Positions 48,357 to 57,743 of a DNA stretch of 64,000 nt are shown piece by piece. The notes beneath the pieces were generated by a model. The model did no database searches. It saw only the letters and a program-made list of their open reading frames with translations, and had not been told where the DNA came from. The stretch's first letter is position 1. The number at the start of each line of letters is the position of its first letter. The stretch spans positions 44,276-108,275 of the forward strand of contig JBBIPC010000010.1 of assembly GCA_037443035.1 (NCBI GenBank), given 5' to 3'. The stretch is from Chthonomonadales bacterium (GTDB lineage Bacteria; Armatimonadota; Chthonomonadetes; Chthonomonadales; CAJBBX01). The translations under genes and the position numbers were made by a program.

Positions 48357-51197
48357 ATGGACTATAAGAAGACGCTGAACATCACTTTGGGTGACAAGGA
48401 CCCCGGGGCTATGCCTCAACGAGGGAACCTGCCGGCGCGGGAGCCCGAGATCCAGCGGTACTGGGACGAAATCCAGCTCTATCGCAAGTCCATTGAGAAG
48501 CCGGCTCCGAAAGGGACGTTCATCCTGCACGATGGACCGCCTTACTCCAACGGGGACATCCACCTGGGCCACGCGCTCAACAAGATCGCCAAGGACATTA
48601 TTGTCAAGTACAAGACGCTCAGCGGATACTGCTCGCCCTACGTGCCTGGCTGGGACAACCATGGCATGCCCATCGAGAATAACGTAGCGCGGGAGTTCAT
48701 GGAACGGGGCGAGCGGCCCGACAGGGTGGCACTGCGCAAGCGCTGCAGGGAATATGCAAGTCAGTGGGTGGATCGTCAGAAGGCGCAGTTCATGCGCCTG
48801 GGCGTTCGCGGGGATTGGGAACACCCCTACCTGACGATGAGTACGGACTTCGAAGCGAAGATTATCGAGGTCTTTGGCATACTTGCGGAGAAGAGCTACA
48901 TCTACCGCGGCCTCAAGCCTGTGCTCTGGTGTCCTTCGTGCGAGACGGCGCTGGCCGACGCCGAGGTCGAGTACGGCGAGCACACGTCCAACAGCATCTA
49001 CGTGCGGTTCCCTGTCATGAAAGACCCCTACCAGGTCTTTGGGGCAGGCGTAGGTTCACCGCCCAATGCGTATGTGCTCATCTGGACGACAACGCCATGG
49101 ACGATCCCGGCCAATCTCGCCCTGGCAGTGCACGAGGACGCGGAGTACGTCGTGGTCGCCTTCGACGGCGATCGCTACATTGTTGCCGGACCACTGCTCG
49201 AGAAGGTGCTGCAGGACATCTCGGGCGAGGAACTCGCGTCGGCTGTCGAGCACCACGTGGTGCGCCGAGTCCGTGGTGCCGAGCTCGAAGGCATCGTGGC
49301 AAAGCATCCTCTCTTCGACCGGGAGTCGCCCATCGTCTTCGCGCCATATGTCACCATGGAAGACGGCACCGGCATTGTGCACACGGCTCCTGGTCACGGC
49401 AAAGAGGACTTCGACACCGGTCGGCAGTACGGGCTCGACGTGCTGTGTCCGGTGGACGCTTCCGGTGCATTCACGGCCCAGGCGGGTGCCAAGTTCGCGG
49501 GTGCACGGATTCTGGGAGGGGAAGCGGACAGGAAGGTGATGGACGCCCTCGGGGAAGCCGGCCATCTCCTCTCCAGGCGCAGCTACTCCCATAGCTATCC
49601 GCATTGCTGGCGCTGCCACAATCCGCTCTTGTTCCGGGCAACGGTACAGTGGTTCATGGATATTGACCACAACGACCACCGTCGGCGCTCCCTGAAGGCC
49701 ATCGAGGAGACGCAGTGGGTCCCGCCTGTGAGCATCAACCGCATCAGCTCCATGGTCGCTAGCAGACCGCATTGGTGTCTCAGCAGGCAGAGAGCTTGGG
49801 GCGTGGGAATCCCGGCGTTCTACTGTCGAACCTGTGGCAAGGAGATCCTGGACAGATTCGCCATTGACGCCGTGCACGACCTCGTCCAACGCGAGCACTC
49901 CGACGCGTGGTACACGCGCTCTGCCTCGGAGATCTTGCCTGAGGGATTCGTCTGTCCGGCATGCGGAGGATCAGATTTCGACAAGGAAACAGACATCCTC
50001 GACGTCTGGTTCGATTCGGGCTCGACCCATCTCGCGGTTCTGGACAATCCGGCCTGGCCAGAGCTGCGGTGGCCCGCCGATGTGTACCTGGAAGGATCCG
50101 ATCAGCACCGGGGGTGGTTCAACTCATCCCTCATGGTGTCTGTTGGGGTTCGAGACGCCGCACCATATCGGACCGTCATCACTAGTGGCTGGACCCTGGA
50201 CGAGAGCGGGAAGGCCATGCACAAGTCTCTGGGCAACGTTGTGTCGCCCCTCGAGATCGTGGACAAGTACGGTGCGGACATCCTCCGGCTATGGGTGGCG
50301 TCAACGGACTACTTCGAGGATGTGCGATGCTCGGAGAACATCATCCAGCAGGTGGCGGAGGCTTACCGGCGCATCCGGAATACATTCCGGTTCCTCGTCA
50401 ACAATCTCTCTGATGCGACGCGCGGGTACCGCCGTTTCGACCCGGCCACCGATGCGGTGCGGTGGGATGCCATGCTCGACCTCGATCGGTGGATTCTAGC
50501 CAGGCTGGATCAGGTCGTGGCGGCGTGTCGGGACGCTTACGAGACCTACGAGTTCCATCGTGTTTTCCATGCAGTGCACAACTTCTGCGCCGTGGACCTC
50601 AGCGCGTTCTACCTCGACGTGCTGAAGGACCGCCTCTACTGCGAGGCTGCGGGTTCGCTCCCACGACTCTCGGCACAGACCGCGCTCCATACCCTGGCGG
50701 AGACGCTGGCCATCGTGCTCTCGCCGATCCTGAGTCATACAGCCGAGGAGGTCTGGCGGTTACTAGTCATCCCGGGCAAAGCCGAAAGCGTGCAGCTTGC
50801 CGACTGGCCATCACCAATCTGCGTGGATGGGCAGGCCGTTCTGGACCGATGGACCCCGGTTCTGGCGCTTCGGGACGAGGTGAATGTGGCGATGGAGGCG
50901 GCCCGACAGGCCAAACGGATCGGGAACCCACTGGAAGCGGCGGTGCGAATCCGAACGGACGTGGCATCCAGTGTGGCGCTTGCACCATTCGCTGCCGATC
51001 TTTCGGCGGTTTTCAAGGTTTCCTGCGTCGAGATCAGCGGCGCCGAGGGATGCACCGAGACTGTCATCGAAGTGGCACCTGCCGAAGGGGTGAAGTGTGC
51101 GCGTTGCTGGCTCGTACGGAAGGATGTGGGAAGCGACTCGAGGTATCCGGACATCTGCGCGCGGTGCGCCAGCGTTGTAGCTGCGACGATGGGCTGA
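48357..51197 (+). CDS. ileS: Isoleucyl-tRNA synthetase (type 1)
   Basis: HDGPPY, HLGH, WTTTPWT, GTGIVH, EGSDQHRGWF, AMHKS, C-terminal CARCW...CARC zinc finger. Confidence 0.97.
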   Translation: MDYKKTLNITLGDKDPGAMPQRGNLPAREPEIQRYWDEIQLYRKSIEKPAPKGTFILHDGPPYSNGDIHLGHALNKIAKDIIVKYKTLSGYCSPYVPGWDNHGMPIENNVAREFMERGERPDRVALRKRCREYASQWVDRQKAQFMRLGVRGDWEHPYLTMSTDFEAKIIEVFGILAEKSYIYRGLKPVLWCPSCETALADAEVEYGEHTSNSIYVRFPVMKDPYQVFGAGVGSPPNAYVLIWTTTPWTIPANLALAVHEDAEYVVVAFDGDRYIVAGPLLEKVLQDISGEELASAVEHHVVRRVRGAELEGIVAKHPLFDRESPIVFAPYVTMEDGTGIVHTAPGHGKEDFDTGRQYGLDVLCPVDASGAFTAQAGAKFAGARILGGEADRKVMDALGEAGHLLSRRSYSHSYPHCWRCHNPLLFRATVQWFMDIDHNDHRRRSLKAIEETQWVPPVSINRISSMVASRPHWCLSRQRAWGVGIPAFYCRTCGKEILDRFAIDAVHDLVQREHSDAWYTRSASEILPEGFVCPACGGSDFDKETDILDVWFDSGSTHLAVLDNPAWPELRWPADVYLEGSDQHRGWFNSSLMVSVGVRDAAPYRTVITSGWTLDESGKAMHKSLGNVVSPLEIVDKYGADILRLWVASTDYFEDVRCSENIIQQVAEAYRRIRNTFRFLVNNLSDATRGYRRFDPATDAVRWDAMLDLDRWILARLDQVVAACRDAYETYEFHRVFHAVHNFCAVDLSAFYLDVLKDRLYCEAAGSLPRLSAQTALHTLAETLAIVLSPILSHTAEEVWRLLVIPGKAESVQLADWPSPICVDGQAVLDRWTPVLALRDEVNVAMEAARQAKRIGNPLEAAVRIRTDVASSVALAPFAADLSAVFKVSCVEISGAEGCTETVIEVAPAEGVKCARCWLVRKDVGSDSRYPDICARCASVVAATMG

Positions 51198-51324
51198 GTG
51201 GCAGCGAAAGGGGAAGGATCTCGGCGATGACCGTCGCAGCGAGCCGTTACAACCGCACAAAGGGGAAATGGGCAGCCAAGCTTCCTGCGGTTCCACCACC
51301 TTGCGAGCTTGGGAGGATGATCCC

Positions 51325-51819
51325 ATGCGGCCGCTGACCTTCTACCTCATCGCGGCGGTCCTCGTGGCGGCCGACCAGTTCTCCAAGTGGAGTGTTAGCC
51401 GTTCCGTTCCGCCTTCCGGACAGCCCATCATCTATGGCTTCTTCTCCATCACTCCCACCCACAATACCGGAGGGGCGTTCAGCCTCTTTCAGGCGCACAA
51501 CTGGGTCTTCCTGGCCATAGCCGCCGTGGCGATCGTGGCCCTGTTGGTGGCGTACCACTTGCGGCGTCATGACGACCTCATTGTCTGCGCAGCTCTAGCA
51601 CTGGCTCTTGGGGGTGCCATCGGTAACCTGGTGGATCGGGCCACGTTCGGTTATGTCCGAGACTTCTTCCATCTCCACGACCTGAGCGGTCGCACCCTCT
51701 GGCCCATTTTCAACATCGCCGACTCCGCCATCACTGTGGCGGTCATCCTATTAGCCTATCGAGCCGTGCGCCCCAGGCAGCAGCTGGAAGAAGCTGCCGA
51801 TGCATCGGAGCCCTCGTGA
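51325..51819 (+). CDS. lspA: Lipoprotein signal peptidase II
   Basis: DQFSK, NTGGAFS, GGAIGNLVDR, VRDF, FNIAD. Confidence 0.95.
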   Translation: MRPLTFYLIAAVLVAADQFSKWSVSRSVPPSGQPIIYGFFSITPTHNTGGAFSLFQAHNWVFLAIAAVAIVALLVAYHLRRHDDLIVCAALALALGGAIGNLVDRATFGYVRDFFHLHDLSGRTLWPIFNIADSAITVAVILLAYRAVRPRQQLEEAADASEPS

Positions 51820-51844
51820 GCGATCGTCAGGCGCGCTGAACCCC

Positions 51845-52654
51845 ATGCATCCCATCCTCTTCCACCTGGGACCTTTGCCGGTGCGGTCCTACGGCACTCT
51901 CATCATGATCGGGTTCCTGCTGGCGCTGCGCTATGTGATCGTTCAGGCGCACAAGCTCTACGGGTCCCCGACCGCGGAGCAAGCCGGGCAAGGAAAGGCC
52001 ATCACTGCCGATCACATTCTGGACATGTCTCTGATCGGGCTGGCCCTCGGCATCGTGGGAACGCGGGTGGTCTTCGTCGTCCTCCACTGGGAGATGTTCC
52101 GCGACAATGTCTGGGACGCGTTCAAGATCTGGACGGGAGGTCTTTCGTTCGTAGGAGGGCCACTCTTCGGGTTCGCGTATGCGTGGTGGTACTGCCGCCG
52201 TCACCGACTCTCCTTCGCCGCCGTAGCCGACCTGGCCGCCCCCGGCTTCGCGTTGGCGTACGTCTTCGGCCGCATAGGGTGCTTCCTGAACGGATGCTGC
52301 TACGGGCACGCGTGCGAACTGCCGTGGGCTGTCCGATTCGAAGCGGACGGTATGGGAACCGTCTTGACGCCACCCTCCCATCCCACCCAGATCTACGCCG
52401 CGATCATGAATGTCGGAATCTTCGTCCTCCTGCACCGGATGCTGCGTAGACCTCATCGAGATGGGCAGGTGATTCTCGCCTACGGCATGTTGTACGCCGC
52501 CTACAGGTTCATCAACGATTTCTTCCGGGCTGGAGCGACGTCACGCTTCGTCGTAGGCTGGGTGACCGATGGTCAGCTTGCAGCCTTGGTAGCGATCCCA
52601 GTTCTGTTCCTGCTGTGGCGGCGGCTCTCCTTGCAGGTGCGCCAGACGAGCTAG
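51845..52654 (+). CDS. lgt: Prolipoprotein diacylglyceryl transferase
   Basis: MHPILF, SYG, GGLSFVGG, GRIGCFLNGCCYG, HPTQIY, YRF..DFFR. Confidence 0.95.
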   Translation: MHPILFHLGPLPVRSYGTLIMIGFLLALRYVIVQAHKLYGSPTAEQAGQGKAITADHILDMSLIGLALGIVGTRVVFVVLHWEMFRDNVWDAFKIWTGGLSFVGGPLFGFAYAWWYCRRHRLSFAAVADLAAPGFALAYVFGRIGCFLNGCCYGHACELPWAVRFEADGMGTVLTPPSHPTQIYAAIMNVGIFVLLHRMLRRPHRDGQVILAYGMLYAAYRFINDFFRAGATSRFVVGWVTDGQLAALVAIPVLFLLWRRLSLQVRQTS

Positions 52655-53223
52655 CCGGATGACCTGACGATCCCTGACTCGCCAGGACGCCACTCCATCT
52701 CAGCTCTTGCCGTGACGTTCAGACGTCCCGTTTCCACCGTCACACCGACGATCCTTACAGGGATGCCAAGGCGTCGGACGTTCAGCGCCTCGCTCAGTCG
52801 GCCGTTCAGGCGCTCGCCGATCATCTGAGCGCTGAAGCCGGGCAAAGCCGCTCCGGCTACGGACACGTCGCCGACATCGAGCCGGATCCGCTCGCCACCT
52901 TCGACCTGAGGCACAGCCGTCAGCGTGAAGGGGATGGCGAACGGTCCCATGATCTCGTAGCGGCCACTGATGCGCACGCTTCCGCTGAGCAGCGCAAGCT
53001 GGGCGTCGCGCACGCCAAGGTCGGGCTGATTCGCCAGTACACGGTTCAACTCGCGCTCTGTGACGGTGAGGACGACAGTCAGCTCGGCAGCGCACGGTCC
53101 TGAGCCGATAGGCACGGTAATGCGAGCTGATGGCGTCTCCACACGGACGTGTTGTATGGTCAGTTCGTTTCCGCAAACGACGTCTCGAATGGTGAGCACG
53201 GTGTTGCCAGTGGTGATTTCCAT
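52651..53223 (-). CDS. DUF2993/LmeA-like hypothetical protein
   Basis: VTERELN, beta-rich repeats, C-terminal LNVTA; GGCGG RBS-like before MEIT. Confidence 0.55.
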   Translation of the reverse strand: MEITTGNTVLTIRDVVCGNELTIQHVRVETPSARITVPIGSGPCAAELTVVLTVTERELNRVLANQPDLGVRDAQLALLSGSVRISGRYEIMGPFAIPFTLTAVPQVEGGERIRLDVGDVSVAGAALPGFSAQMIGERLNGRLSEALNVRRLGIPVRIVGVTVETGRLNVTARAEMEWRPGESGIVRSSG

Positions 53224-53303
53224 GCCGCCTTGTACGGTCTCGCGGGCGCCGAATCCTGCGTCCGGGCGAGAACGCATCCACGCAGGGCGACATCCACCGC
53301 CCG

Positions 53304-53312
53304 TGCTATAAT
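53304..53312 (+). promoter_or_regulatory. Extended -10 promoter of mreBCD
   Basis: TGcTATAAT perfect consensus about 65 nt upstream of mreB. Confidence 0.65.
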
Positions 53313-53376
53313 GCAGTACCCGGGCGCGCACCCGCGCCTGGTTTCTTGTCTGCTGAACCGGAGCTCGACTGCACCT

Positions 53377-54417
53377 ATGAACTTCCTTCGCGGCTTCCTG
53401 GGGCACTTCTCCCGTGACATGGGTATCGACCTCGGTACCGCTAACACACTCGTCTGGGTGCGCGGACGCGGGATCCTCCTCCGCGAGCCGTCGGTCGTCG
53501 CCATTGACCGGGATACTGGTCGTGTCCTGGCGGTGGGCGCTGAGGCCAAGCGCATGCTGGGGCGTACCCCCGGCAGCATCGTTGCAACACGGCCGCTGAA
53601 GGACGGCGTCATCGCCGATTTCGAGCAGACGGAGCGCATGCTCCGTTACTTCGTCGGCAAGGTGAACCGCCGCGCGGTTCTTACCGGTCCTCGTGTCGTG
53701 GTGGGTATTCCTTCCGGCGTGACGGAGGTCGAGCGCAGAGCGGTGATTGACGCGACGCGTAAGGCCGGTGCACGGGAAGCCTATGTCATTGAGGAGCCCA
53801 TGGCAGCCGCCATCGGAGCCAACCTCCCCATCACCGATGCGAGAGGGTCCATGATCGTAGATATTGGCGGAGGCACCACCGAGGTGGCCGTCATTGCACT
53901 CAAAGGGGTGGTGACGAGCCGGTCCATTCGCGTCGCAGGGGATGAGATTGACGAAGCCATCGCAGCCTATGTGCGACGCACGTACAACCTTGCCATCGGC
54001 GATCGGACGGCTGAGGAGGCAAAGATCGCTGTGGGGTCGGCCTACCCGAACGAGGAAGTCCGGAGCATGGAAGTTCGCGGACGAGACAACCTTGCGGGGC
54101 TGCCTCGGAGCGCCGTCATCACTTCCGATGAAATACGTGAGGCCATTCAGGAGCCGCTGAACGCCATCGTCGAGGCGGTCAAGGTCACCCTGGAGCAGAC
54201 ACCCCCCGAACTGTCTTCCGATATCATGGAGGAAGGGATCGTCCTGTCCGGCGGCGGAGCGCTTCTCGATGGCATTGACAGGCTCATCGAGCAGGAGACC
54301 TCCATCAAAGTGCGTGTGGCCGAGAACGCCCTGGACTGCGTCGTCATCGGCATCGGGCGGGTGCTGGAGGCCATTCAGGAAAACCCGTCGCTGCGCAAAG
54401 TCCTGCGCTCCGGCTGA
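53377..54417 (+). CDS. mreB: Rod shape-determining protein MreB
   Basis: [51 protein letters not shown]. Confidence 0.97.
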   Translation: MNFLRGFLGHFSRDMGIDLGTANTLVWVRGRGILLREPSVVAIDRDTGRVLAVGAEAKRMLGRTPGSIVATRPLKDGVIADFEQTERMLRYFVGKVNRRAVLTGPRVVVGIPSGVTEVERRAVIDATRKAGAREAYVIEEPMAAAIGANLPITDARGSMIVDIGGGTTEVAVIALKGVVTSRSIRVAGDEIDEAIAAYVRRTYNLAIGDRTAEEAKIAVGSAYPNEEVRSMEVRGRDNLAGLPRSAVITSDEIREAIQEPLNAIVEAVKVTLEQTPPELSSDIMEEGIVLSGGGALLDGIDRLIEQETSIKVRVAENALDCVVIGIGRVLEAIQENPSLRKVLRSG

Positions 54418-54443
54418 TCGAGCGGTGGCCGCGGTGGACGGCG

Positions 54444-55280
54444 ATGACTGACGCGAAACCTGCCGGATGCTGGCGGCGATTCCTGCCCGTAGTCCTGTGC
54501 ATGTTCCTGGGCACCGGTCTCGGCGTCTGGCATAACGCCGCCGTTGCTCGCGGTGCCAACGATCCCGTTACCAACGTGCTACGTACGGTCCTTGCCCCCA
54601 TGGTGGCCGCAACCGATGCCGTTGCCGACTGGACCACCGATACGTTCACGATGCTGTTTCGGGGTAGGAGGCTGGCCGCCGAGAACGCCCGCCTGCGCCG
54701 CCAAGTCGCGAGGCTGACGGACGAGGTCAATCACCTTCGCGAGATGCAAGCCCGGGCGGCAAACCTGGAGCAGTTCCTTCCCTTCGTGCAGTCCAAACCA
54801 CCCGCGAAGTTGGCGGCGCCCGTCATCGCCATAGGTCCTGGGCCAGGCATTGGCACGTTGGTGGTCGGATGCGGTATCCGGCAGGGTGTCCGAGCCGGCG
54901 CAGTCGTCGTTGCACCCCAAGGACTTGTGGGACATGTGCTCGACGTATCGCCGACGACGTCGGCAGTTCTCATCGCTTGCGATCCCCGCTCTGCCGTTGG
55001 CGCCATGGTCCAGAGACCTGAATCGAGGGCCATCGGTATCTGTCACGGCCTCGGCAATCGGTTGCTGCGGTGCTCCTACCTCACCCGGGAGGCAGACATC
55101 CGACCGGGGGACACGATGATCACGTCGGGCCTTGGTGGTCCGGGAGGTATCTACCCGAAAGGCATTGTCATCGGCACGGTGATCTCTGTGCAGGACGACC
55201 TCGCACGCTCAGCCAAGACCGCCGTCGTCCGCATGGCCGTGGACCCGGGCAGGCTCGAGGAGGTGGCTGTGCTGCGATGA
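54444..55280 (+). CDS. mreC: Rod shape-determining protein MreC
   Basis: TM, coiled coil L.AEN.RLR, GLVG.V, TSGLGG..P.GI.IG.V. Confidence 0.92.
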   Translation: MTDAKPAGCWRRFLPVVLCMFLGTGLGVWHNAAVARGANDPVTNVLRTVLAPMVAATDAVADWTTDTFTMLFRGRRLAAENARLRRQVARLTDEVNHLREMQARAANLEQFLPFVQSKPPAKLAAPVIAIGPGPGIGTLVVGCGIRQGVRAGAVVVAPQGLVGHVLDVSPTTSAVLIACDPRSAVGAMVQRPESRAIGICHGLGNRLLRCSYLTREADIRPGDTMITSGLGGPGGIYPKGIVIGTVISVQDDLARSAKTAVVRMAVDPGRLEEVAVLR

Positions 55281-55759
55281 CACCCGTGCGCGCAGGAGTG
55301 CTCGGCGCTCTCTTGCTGATCGCGGCCTTCGTCCTCGACATGAGTCTGGGTAGTCGCCTGACCATAGGGGCTGTGCGCCCGGATGTCACCTTGGCGGCAC
55401 TCGTTCCGCTCGCCATGGCAGTCAGGTCGGGACCGGCAGCGGGGCTGGGCCTGATGGCAGGTCTGCTGGAGGGCAGCTTCGTATCTCTATCCCTGGGAAG
55501 CCTTGCCGTCAGCCGGACGCTGGCGGGATGGGCAGCCGGACTCCTCGAACAGCGTCTGTTCCGAGACAACCTCGTTGTGACGATGGCGGCTGGTGTCATG
55601 GCTTCCCTCATTGCCGATGGCGTTTTCTTCCTGCTGGCGCCACAGCCGCTCGTAGCGCAATACGCTTCGGTTGGACTGGGGCGGGCAGTGTATGCCGGCT
55701 TTCTGGTGGTGCCCTTCGCGCTGGCCATGCGCAAGCTCTATCCGGCCACGCATCTCTGA
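55277..55759 (+). CDS. mreD: Rod shape-determining protein MreD
   Basis: Hydrophobic, RPD motif, GLL; ATGA-coupled to mreC. Confidence 0.8.
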   Translation: MTPVRAGVLGALLLIAAFVLDMSLGSRLTIGAVRPDVTLAALVPLAMAVRSGPAAGLGLMAGLLEGSFVSLSLGSLAVSRTLAGWAAGLLEQRLFRDNLVVTMAAGVMASLIADGVFFLLAPQPLVAQYASVGLGRAVYAGFLVVPFALAMRKLYPATHL

Positions 55760-55773
55760 TCCGGCGCCACGGC

Positions 55774-57696
55774 TCAACTGAAATGGATCTGGTAGCTCTG
55801 GACCGCCGGATGGCCTGTCATGCCCAGCAATCCCCAGACGATGCCAGTGAAGAGGTACCGGCCCATGGCAATGCCCAGGAACAGTGGCACGAACCGGACG
55901 TAGGCCGCATGGCCGCCAAAGCGGAGAATCACGCCCTTCAGTACCCAGGCTGTCAGGAATGGAAACCAGAGGTGATAGCCATAGGCCGAAGTCATGGCGA
56001 ACCCCACGGGATGGAGCGGGAACCAGAGAAACCTCTGGCGCGCCCAGTTCATGCCGAAGGCCAGACCCGCGCCGACCAGCGTTTCCATCACCAAGTCGGG
56101 CCGCCAGCCAGGAAGCGCGTCTGCCGGCGCAGCGAGCTGACTGGCGACCGTCTGGAACTGGCGGCGCATGAGACCTAGCTGATAGCCTCCACCGATGTTA
56201 TCCGCACCCTGGCTGTAGCAGACGCTCATGTAGAGCAATCCACCTCCCACGACGCCTGCTACCGCCCCGAAGAGGAATCTGCGCATCGCCACTCGCTGGC
56301 TCATGCCCACCTGATGGGCGAGACTCATCCCTTCCGCAGCGTAAGCGGAAACCTCCGGGAATACGCCTCGCGAAAGACCGCCCACTAGGGCCAGTCCGAC
56401 CAATCCCTGTCCATTGCGGCCAGCCAGGGCGTGAACTCCGAACAGGTTGCTCAGGAGAGACTGCTGCTGCCAGAACGGGAAGAGATACACGGACGGCGTT
56501 CCCGTCTCGCATCGTATCCGAGCGTACACGATGGCCACCGCCAACAGCATGCCCAGGTGGGCGCACGCCACCCACCATGGCAGACCCACGGCTCGGAGCC
56601 ACACGACCATGACCAACGGCCCGCCCATGACGAGAAGCCAGGCCAACCTGGCTGACATAGGCTCGTCGCTGCCCCGGTCGGCAGGCGCTGCCCAGACGCT
56701 TCTGAGACTCGTCCGAAGCTGCGGCATGGCCCGGGCAATGAGGAGAACGAAGAGACAGAGGAACGCTCCCATACCCATCTCCTGGTAATCGTAGGGCGTG
56801 GAAGCGATCTGCGATCCAGCGGCCACGCGCGCAACCGTGGACAGCCGGAGTGCCACGTAGGACAACCAGGCGGTCAGGAGAACGTCCCGCGGCATCAGGT
56901 AGGCCAGACCGAAGATCTCCGGCCGGTACGACACCCACATGGGAGACAGGGACGACCACGGTCGGTCCGGAAACCACAGGCCCACATCATAGCCAGCCCC
57001 CAGCGCAGGCACGGACGGGCTGAACGCGTGGAGCATGTTCAGGCCGTCCAGCGATGCCGTCAGCCCGAACCCGAGCCAGAACAGGACGACGGATGCACTC
57101 CTACCCGAATCGGGCGAGCTCAGGATCCGTAGGGGGACTTGCACCATAGGGTAGCTAAGGCGCTCGTGTTCCATCCACGACCGTCGGAAGAGGCTCAGAG
57201 CGGCTGCCAGGGTGAGCATGAGCGTCCCTAGGAAGAGACCCCAGGCAGCCAATGGGAGCGCCCAGGCGTCCCAAGGGATCGCGCCGGTCCGGCTCCCATC
57301 GTAGAAACGCTGAACAACCTGACCCGCCGGTGGTGCAGCCCATGCTGGAACGCGTTCGAGGACGGCTGCCATCCCCGGTCGGTCCGCCTGTACCTGGGCT
57401 GCTGTCATCTGGCCGAACAGGTAGACCATAGACGGAGTGCTGGTGATGCCTGCGGCCATGACGAGGGCAAGATAAGCTCCTGCCACCACGAACCGTCCTG
57501 CGTGCCATGTCCGACGCAGCGCACGGATGCAGGCCATGCCGACCAGGAGAACGGCCAGGGCAGGTATGGCCGGCAGCGAGCTTCCTATCTGGATGCTGGC
57601 GTGCCGGTACTCAGCCTGGACCACCCAGACGGTGACCCCGATGCAGAGCACGGCTAGACCCATGAGAGCCGCCATGCGTCGGGAGACAGAATGCAT
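55774..57696 (-). CDS. DUF6785/DUF6784-like polytopic membrane protein (putative transporter)
   Basis: IPW.AW..P, W..HERL.YP, R.RCE.G, WFPLHPVG, LRFGG...Y....PLFLG. Confidence 0.75.
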   Translation of the reverse strand: MHSVSRRMAALMGLAVLCIGVTVWVVQAEYRHASIQIGSSLPAIPALAVLLVGMACIRALRRTWHAGRFVVAGAYLALVMAAGITSTPSMVYLFGQMTAAQVQADRPGMAAVLERVPAWAAPPAGQVVQRFYDGSRTGAIPWDAWALPLAAWGLFLGTLMLTLAAALSLFRRSWMEHERLSYPMVQVPLRILSSPDSGRSASVVLFWLGFGLTASLDGLNMLHAFSPSVPALGAGYDVGLWFPDRPWSSLSPMWVSYRPEIFGLAYLMPRDVLLTAWLSYVALRLSTVARVAAGSQIASTPYDYQEMGMGAFLCLFVLLIARAMPQLRTSLRSVWAAPADRGSDEPMSARLAWLLVMGGPLVMVVWLRAVGLPWWVACAHLGMLLAVAIVYARIRCETGTPSVYLFPFWQQQSLLSNLFGVHALAGRNGQGLVGLALVGGLSRGVFPEVSAYAAEGMSLAHQVGMSQRVAMRRFLFGAVAGVVGGGLLYMSVCYSQGADNIGGGYQLGLMRRQFQTVASQLAAPADALPGWRPDLVMETLVGAGLAFGMNWARQRFLWFPLHPVGFAMTSAYGYHLWFPFLTAWVLKGVILRFGGHAAYVRFVPLFLGIAMGRYLFTGIVWGLLGMTGHPAVQSYQIHFS

Positions 57697-57743
57697 GACA
57701 GGTCCAGATCAGCAGCGTGCCACGCCGAATACCACGTGCCGGC

